Origin: Flavobacteriales bacterium | Lineage (GTDB): Bacteria > Bacteroidota > Bacteroidia > Palsa-965 | Assembly (NCBI GenBank): GCA_040377305.1 | Contig: JBEIPA010000007.1 | Coordinates: 64,001-128,000, forward strand | Reading direction: 5' to 3' | DNA: 64,000 nucleotides | In this document: piece by piece, positions 58,476 to 64,000 of the stretch | How the letters are laid out: the number at the start of each line of letters is the position of its first letter | How positions within the stretch are numbered: the stretch's first letter is position 1 | The notes under the pieces: generated by a model | What the model saw: only the letters and a program-made list of their open reading frames with translations | The model's database searches: none | Told to the model about the DNA's origin: nothing | Made by a program: the position numbers and the translations under genes

Positions 58476-58507
58476 AGTTCTCGGTTCTCAGTTGAGAGGG
58501 ATAATAT

Positions 58508-59971
58508 ATGTCAGAAAATAAAAACGAAATATTAGAAGAGCACATCGCATCGGACTACAAGTATGGTTTCGTGTCCGATATCGATACAGAGTTTGCGCCG
58601 AAAGGTTTGAACGAAGACATCGTGCGCTTCATTTCCAATAAGAAAAATGAACCGGAGTGGATGCTCGAGTATCGCCTTAAAGCTTTTCGTCATTGGTTGA
58701 CGATGGAAGAGCCGAAACATTGGGCGCATCTCGATTATCCGTCAGTAGATCTTCAGGATATCAGCTACTATGCTGCTCCGAAGAAAAAACCAACGGTTAC
58801 GAGCATGGATGAAGTTGATCCTGAATTGGTGAAGACATTCCAGAAGCTCGGAATTTCACTCGAGGAACAAAAACGACTTGTGGGAATGGAGTCGCGCATT
58901 GCAGTTGATGCTGTAATCGACTCTGTTTCTGTGAAAACTACTTTCAAAGAAGTACTCGCTGAAAAAGGAATTATTTTTTGCTCATTCTCAGAAGCAGTAC
59001 AGGAACATCCGGAACTCATTAAGCAATACATGGGCTCTGTAGTTCCGTATACCGACAATTATTATGCTGCGCTTAATGGTGCGGTTTTCAGCGACGGATC
59101 GTTCTGTTATATTCCGAAGGGCGTTCGTTGCCCAATGGAATTGAGTACGTACTTCCGTATCAATTCAAGCGGAACTGGTCAGTTCGAAAGAACACTGATC
59201 GTAGCAGATGAAGGTGCGTATGTAAGTTACCTCGAAGGTTGCACGGCTCCTGCTCGCGATGAAAATCAATTGCATGCAGCAGTGGTAGAAATCATTGCGC
59301 AGAAAGACGGCGAAGTGAAATATTCCACGGTGCAAAACTGGTATCCCGGAGATAAAGAAGGCAAGGGCGGCATTTACAACTTCGTAACGAAGCGTGGAAT
59401 CTGCGCCGGATCAAATTCAAAAATTTCGTGGACGCAGGTTGAAACAGGATCTGCCATCACGTGGAAATATCCTTCAGTAATTCTCAAAGGAGATAATTCT
59501 GTTGGAGAATTTTACTCTGTTGCTGTTACAAACAATTATCAGCAAGCAGATACCGGCACGAAGATGTTGCACATCGGAAAAAACACGAAGAGCACAATCA
59601 TCTCGAAAGGAATTTCTGCAGGCAAGAGCAACAACAGTTACCGTGGATTAGTGCGTATTGCAAAAGGCGCGAAGAACGCACGCAACTTCTCTCAGTGCGA
59701 TTCATTGCTCATGGGCGACAAATGCGGAGCGCATACTTTCCCGTATATCGAAATTCATGATTCAACCGGAATTGTAGAACACGAAGCAACTACTTCGAAG
59801 ATTGGTGAAGATCAGTTGTTCTATTGCAATCAGCGTGGAATTAACACGGAGAAAGCAATTGGATTGATTGTGAATGGATATTGCAAAGAAGTATTGAATC
59901 AGTTACCAATGGAATTTGCTGTAGAGGCACAAAAACTTCTCGCCGTTTCCCTCGAAGGAAGTGTTGGATAA
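58508..59971 (+). CDS. sufB: Fe-S cluster assembly protein SufB
   Basis: [39 protein letters not shown]. Confidence 0.97.
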   Translation: MSENKNEILEEHIASDYKYGFVSDIDTEFAPKGLNEDIVRFISNKKNEPEWMLEYRLKAFRHWLTMEEPKHWAHLDYPSVDLQDISYYAAPKKKPTVTSMDEVDPELVKTFQKLGISLEEQKRLVGMESRIAVDAVIDSVSVKTTFKEVLAEKGIIFCSFSEAVQEHPELIKQYMGSVVPYTDNYYAALNGAVFSDGSFCYIPKGVRCPMELSTYFRINSSGTGQFERTLIVADEGAYVSYLEGCTAPARDENQLHAAVVEIIAQKDGEVKYSTVQNWYPGDKEGKGGIYNFVTKRGICAGSNSKISWTQVETGSAITWKYPSVILKGDNSVGEFYSVAVTNNYQQADTGTKMLHIGKNTKSTIISKGISAGKSNNSYRGLVRIAKGAKNARNFSQCDSLLMGDKCGAHTFPYIEIHDSTGIVEHEATTSKIGEDQLFYCNQRGINTEKAIGLIVNGYCKEVLNQLPMEFAVEAQKLLAVSLEGSVG

Positions 59972-60013
59972 AATTGCCACGAAGAATCAAAGACTTAAAG
60001 TCACACAAAGAAT

Positions 60014-60772
60014 ATGATCTCGATTAAGAATTTACATGCATCAGTAGACGGAAAAGAAATTCTCCGTGGATTGAATCTCGAAGTGAAAGCCGGCGAAGTT
60101 CACGCTATCATGGGACCTAATGGTTCCGGGAAAAGCACGCTGGCATCTGTTCTCGCAGGAAGAGAAGATTACGAAGTAACTGAAGGCGAAGTTTCTTTCG
60201 GTGGAAAAGATCTGCTCGACATGTCGGCGGAAGATCGCGCCCGCGAAGGATTGTTTCTTGCTTTTCAGTATCCGATAGAAATTCCGGGTGTGAGCAATAT
60301 CAACTTCCTGAAGACGGCGATCAATGAGATTCGCGAGTACAAAGGACTTGGTCCGATCGATCCAAAAGAGTTTTTGGCGCTCGTGAAAGAGAAACAAAAA
60401 CTTGTGGAGCTCGACGGCAAGCTTGCGAATCGTTCGGTGAACGAAGGATTCTCCGGCGGCGAGAAAAAACGCAATGAGATTTTCCAGATGGCGATGCTTG
60501 CACCGAAGCTGGCTATTCTCGACGAAACAGATTCTGGTCTGGATATCGATGCGCTTCGTATTGTTGCGAATGGAGTAAATCTTCTGCGCAACGAAGGAAG
60601 AGCGTTCATCGTAGTAACGCACTATCAGCGTTTGCTCGATTATATCGTTCCGGATTATGTACACGTTCTTTACAACGGACGCATTGTAAAATCGGGTCCG
60701 AAAGAACTTGCACTTGAGCTGGAAGAAAAAGGGTACGATTGGATTAAAGCAGAAGCAAACGTTGAGGCATGA
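60014..60772 (+). CDS. sufC: Fe-S cluster assembly ATPase SufC
   Basis: GPNGSGKST, NEGFSGGEKKRNE, LDETDSGLDIDAL. Confidence 0.97.
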   Translation: MISIKNLHASVDGKEILRGLNLEVKAGEVHAIMGPNGSGKSTLASVLAGREDYEVTEGEVSFGGKDLLDMSAEDRAREGLFLAFQYPIEIPGVSNINFLKTAINEIREYKGLGPIDPKEFLALVKEKQKLVELDGKLANRSVNEGFSGGEKKRNEIFQMAMLAPKLAILDETDSGLDIDALRIVANGVNLLRNEGRAFIVVTHYQRLLDYIVPDYVHVLYNGRIVKSGPKELALELEEKGYDWIKAEANVEA

Positions 60773-62070
60773 GCGCAGTGGCAGAAAAAACATTGACGTC
60801 CCGAATTCTCAGCGGCATTGAGAGTAAACTTCCTTCCTTGTACGGAGATGGTCACGCGCGTCGTGAAGCCGTAACGTATTTGCAGGAGAAGGGAATTCCA
60901 TCGAAGAAGTGGGAGGACTACAAATACATCAATCCCGAAGGACTTTTCCGCATCGGAGAATTCATGTCGAACGCACCGGTGATCCGTGAAGTAACGGAAC
61001 TCGATGTAGAACGCATGACTGTTATTCCCGGAGCGATGAAACTGGTGATTGTGAATGGAGTGTTTAATCCATCACTCAGCAAGCTAGACCGTTTGCCTGC
61101 AGGTATAACTGTAAAATCTATCGACGATGCAGTATTGTCGGACGCAGTTGCAAAAACGCACTTCGGCAAACAGGCAATCACAACGAGCGATCCATTCATC
61201 GCGTGGAATACAGCTTTGAATATTGGCGGCGTATTCGTACACATTGCAGCAAATACACAATGCGAAGTTCCGATTCACATTCTGCACATTGCAGGAAATG
61301 AAGCGGCTTCTACATGGCATCCGCGTAATCTCATTGTAGCCGATCGCGATTCTAAAGCAGAAGTGCTGGAATCGTTCGAGACAATTGGCCCTGTGAAAAC
61401 ATTGACGAATGTCGTGACAGAAGTTGTTGCCGGAATGAACGCGCATCTTGATCACTACCGCTTACAGGTGGAAGGTGAAGCGGGACATCAGGTGAACACG
61501 ACGCATGTGCTGACTCACAAGGGAAGCAATTACACAACGCATACCTATTCGCTCAGCGGTGCATGGGTACGCAACAATCTTCATATTGGATTCGCGGACC
61601 AGCATACTGAAACGTATTTGTACGGCTTGTATGTTCTTGATAAAGCACGCGTGGTTGATAATCACTCGGTGGTCGATCACTCGTTGCCGAATTGCATCAG
61701 CAACGAATTGTATAAAGGTGTGATGAGTGGAAAATCAACCGCGGTTTTCAACGGCAAGATTTTCGTTCGTCGCGACGCGCAGAAAACAAATGCGTATCAG
61801 ACCAACAGGAATATATTGTTGAGCGATGACGCAACGATCAATACCAAACCACAGTTGGAGATCTACGCCGACGATGTGAAATGTTCGCATGGAACATCAA
61901 CAGGTCGCCTGGATGAGGATGCATTGTTCTATCTGCGTGCACGTGGAATCGGTCAGACAGCTGCACGTAAATTACTTGTTCGTGCTTTCGTTGAGGAAGT
62001 GGTAGACAAAGTTCCTAACGAAGCGGTGAAAGTATATGTCGAGAATCGTCTCGACGATTTATTTGCCTGA
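60769..62070 (+). CDS. sufD: Fe-S cluster assembly protein SufD
   Basis: AVFNGKIFV..AQKT, KPQLEIYADDVKCSHG, FYLRARGI. Confidence 0.96.
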   Translation: MSAVAEKTLTSRILSGIESKLPSLYGDGHARREAVTYLQEKGIPSKKWEDYKYINPEGLFRIGEFMSNAPVIREVTELDVERMTVIPGAMKLVIVNGVFNPSLSKLDRLPAGITVKSIDDAVLSDAVAKTHFGKQAITTSDPFIAWNTALNIGGVFVHIAANTQCEVPIHILHIAGNEAASTWHPRNLIVADRDSKAEVLESFETIGPVKTLTNVVTEVVAGMNAHLDHYRLQVEGEAGHQVNTTHVLTHKGSNYTTHTYSLSGAWVRNNLHIGFADQHTETYLYGLYVLDKARVVDNHSVVDHSLPNCISNELYKGVMSGKSTAVFNGKIFVRRDAQKTNAYQTNRNILLSDDATINTKPQLEIYADDVKCSHGTSTGRLDEDALFYLRARGIGQTAARKLLVRAFVEEVVDKVPNEAVKVYVENRLDDLFA

Positions 62071-62075
62071 AGAAT

Positions 62076-63320
62076 ATGAAAACGGAAACGACAACGGTAA
62101 GTGTTTACGACGTGCAGAAATACCGTCGCGATTTCCCTATTCTTTCCCGGCAGATCAACGGCAAGCCACTCGTTTATTTCGATAATGGCGCAACTACACA
62201 AAAGCCAAAGCAGGTAATTGATTCAATCGTCAATTACTATTCTTCATACAACGCGAACATTCACCGAGGCGTTCACCGTTTAAGCCAGGAAGCATCGGCA
62301 GCATACGAAGCAGCACGCAGAACTGTACGCAATCACATTGCCGCAGCTAACGACGAAGAAATTATTTTCACACGTGGCACTACAGATGCAGTGAATCTCG
62401 TGGCTCACGCATACCTGCGCAATCGCCTTCAACCGGGAGATGAAATTGTGATTACCGGAATGGAACATCACTCGAACATTCTTCCCTGGCAGCAACTGTG
62501 CGAAGAGAAAGGCGGCATACTTCGCGTAATTCCGGTAACTGAATCCGGTGAACTCGATCAGTTAGCCATTCAGAAAATATTTTCACCGAAAACGAAATTC
62601 TTCGCATTCACGCACGTGTCGAATACACTCGGGACCATTAATCCTGCGAAGGAACTTACTTCATTTGCACACGAACACAACGTTCCGGTTTTCATTGATG
62701 GTGCACAGGCAATTCCGCATCTCGAAGTTGACGTTACAGACATCAATTGCGAGTTCTATTGCTTTTCAGGACACAAAGTGTATGCACCAACCGGAATCGG
62801 AGTACTCTATGTGAAGAAGGACGTACTTGACGATATGCAACCGTATCAAACCGGTGGAGGAACAATCAAGACGGTTACATTCGAAAAAACAGAATACGTT
62901 TCCGGTCCGCTGAAGTACGAAGCCGGAACTCCGAACATCGAAGGCGCAATCGGCTTAGGTGTGGCACTCGATTATGTCAATGAAATCGGCATGGCGAATA
63001 TTGCAGCACACGAGCATGAGCTTTTCGTGTACGCAAAAAGTAAGTTGCAGGAAATTCTGAACATTCGTTTTATCGGAGAGGCAAAAAATCAAGCCGGTGT
63101 AATTTCATTCGTCGTAGGAAATATTCACCCGTTCGATATCGGAACGATTCTCGATCAGCAGGGAATTGCAGTTCGTACGGGTCATCATTGTACACAACCG
63201 CTGATGAGTTGCTTCGGAATTCCGGGCACAGTTCGCGTTTCTTTCGCGCTATACAATACGACAGAAGAAGTCGATCAGTTAATCACTGCTTTGCAGAAAG
63301 CGGTAAAAATGTTGAGTTGA
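62076..63320 (+). CDS. sufS: Cysteine desulfurase SufS
   Basis: DNGATTQKP, FSGHK, EAGTP, RTGHHCTQP. Confidence 0.96.
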   Translation: MKTETTTVSVYDVQKYRRDFPILSRQINGKPLVYFDNGATTQKPKQVIDSIVNYYSSYNANIHRGVHRLSQEASAAYEAARRTVRNHIAAANDEEIIFTRGTTDAVNLVAHAYLRNRLQPGDEIVITGMEHHSNILPWQQLCEEKGGILRVIPVTESGELDQLAIQKIFSPKTKFFAFTHVSNTLGTINPAKELTSFAHEHNVPVFIDGAQAIPHLEVDVTDINCEFYCFSGHKVYAPTGIGVLYVKKDVLDDMQPYQTGGGTIKTVTFEKTEYVSGPLKYEAGTPNIEGAIGLGVALDYVNEIGMANIAAHEHELFVYAKSKLQEILNIRFIGEAKNQAGVISFVVGNIHPFDIGTILDQQGIAVRTGHHCTQPLMSCFGIPGTVRVSFALYNTTEEVDQLITALQKAVKMLS

Positions 63321-63322
63321 GC

Positions 63323-63742
63323 ATGAGCATCGCTGAAACAGAAAGTGAAATTGTAGAAGAGTTCGGCATGTTCGAACAGTGGGATGATAAGTACCAGTAC
63401 ATCATTGATCTGGGCAAGTCGCTCGCACCAATGGATGAGAAACTGAAGACCGAAGAGCGATTGATAAAAGGTTGCCAGAGCCGTGTCTGGTTACATACTG
63501 AGTTGAAAGATGGGAAAGTATATTTTACTGCTGATAGTGATGCAATCATTACGAAAGGCCTTGTGGCGTTAATGGTGCGTGTTTTATCGGAACATACAGC
63601 GAAAGAGATTGTGGACGCACCGTTGAACTTTATCAACGAAATCGGATTGAAGGATCACTTGTCTCCAACACGTTCGAACGGTTTGTTGTCGATGGTGAAA
63701 CAAATGAAACTGGATGCACTTGCTTTAACTGCGAAGAATTGA
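63323..63742 (+). CDS. sufE: SufE sulfur acceptor
   Basis: Start MSIAETESE (63323); KGCQSRVW, DSDAIITKG, LSPTRSNGL. Confidence 0.95.
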   Translation: MSIAETESEIVEEFGMFEQWDDKYQYIIDLGKSLAPMDEKLKTEERLIKGCQSRVWLHTELKDGKVYFTADSDAIITKGLVALMVRVLSEHTAKEIVDAPLNFINEIGLKDHLSPTRSNGLLSMVKQMKLDALALTAKN

Positions 63743-63743
63743 T

Positions 63744-64000
63744 ATGAATACAATCATAGTTTCGAAAGATGCTGAACTCGGGCAAAAAGTCATTGACGCG
63801 ATCAAGACATGCTACGATCCGGAAATTCCTGTAGATATCTGGGAGCTGGGACTTATTTACGAAATCAACATCAACGATGAGAATGAAGTTCTTGTTCGAA
63901 TGACATTGACATCTCCGAATTGTCCGGCAGCAGAAACTTTGCCAGCTGATGTGGATATGAAAGTGCGTGAGATTCGCGGTATCAAGTCGTGCAAAGTGGA
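63744..64000 (+). CDS. sufT: DUF59/SufT Fe-S assembly protein, partial at the right window edge
   Basis: Hand translation: MNTIIVSKD..CYDPEIPVDIWELGLIYEI..MTLTSPNCPAAETLP. Confidence 0.9.
   Translation, partial: MNTIIVSKDAELGQKVIDAIKTCYDPEIPVDIWELGLIYEININDENEVLVRMTLTSPNCPAAETLPADVDMKVREIRGIKSCKV

Noticed and set aside
60041-60793. 250-aa antisense ORF over sufC (likewise 29569-30213 over rpoN and 8587-9210 over panD)
   Set aside because: Typical antisense shadows of conserved genes, with no recognisable motifs.
58149-64000. suf operon as a novel system
   Set aside because: Canonical Bacteroidota sufA-B-C-D-S-E-T order with no inserted genes or inteins seen.

Overview
Chromosomal window from a free-living Bacteroidota bacterium. 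The evidence is several T9SS type-A cargo proteins, a SprB-like giant adhesin paired with PorP/SprF, and TAnnTTTG promoters. Most of it is housekeeping: partial DUF2723 gene, tRNA-Gln, panD-LPG synthase-rfaE2, radA, rpoN, sdhCAB, pepP, thiL and a sufA/B/C/D/S/E/T operon. I saw no CRISPR array, integrase, transposase or reverse transcriptase. Five parts remain unexplained. (1) A LytS/LytTR two-component locus is flanked by two minus-strand structured non-coding segments that both display GGGGAUG in a hairpin loop, plus a 21-bp-period direct repeat and an unannotated 42-aa membrane microprotein. (2) An orphan pair of large proteins without signal peptides (930 aa, possibly pore-former-like; 799 aa, tandem-duplicated) lies between sdhC and pepP. 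(3) About 450 bp of nested hairpins and repeats follow tRNA-Gln. (4) A GxxExxY gene is bounded by 34-bp inverted repeats. (5) A 191-bp segment with 13-bp inverted repeats lies upstream of panD. Family calls come from motif recognition by eye; no searches were run.
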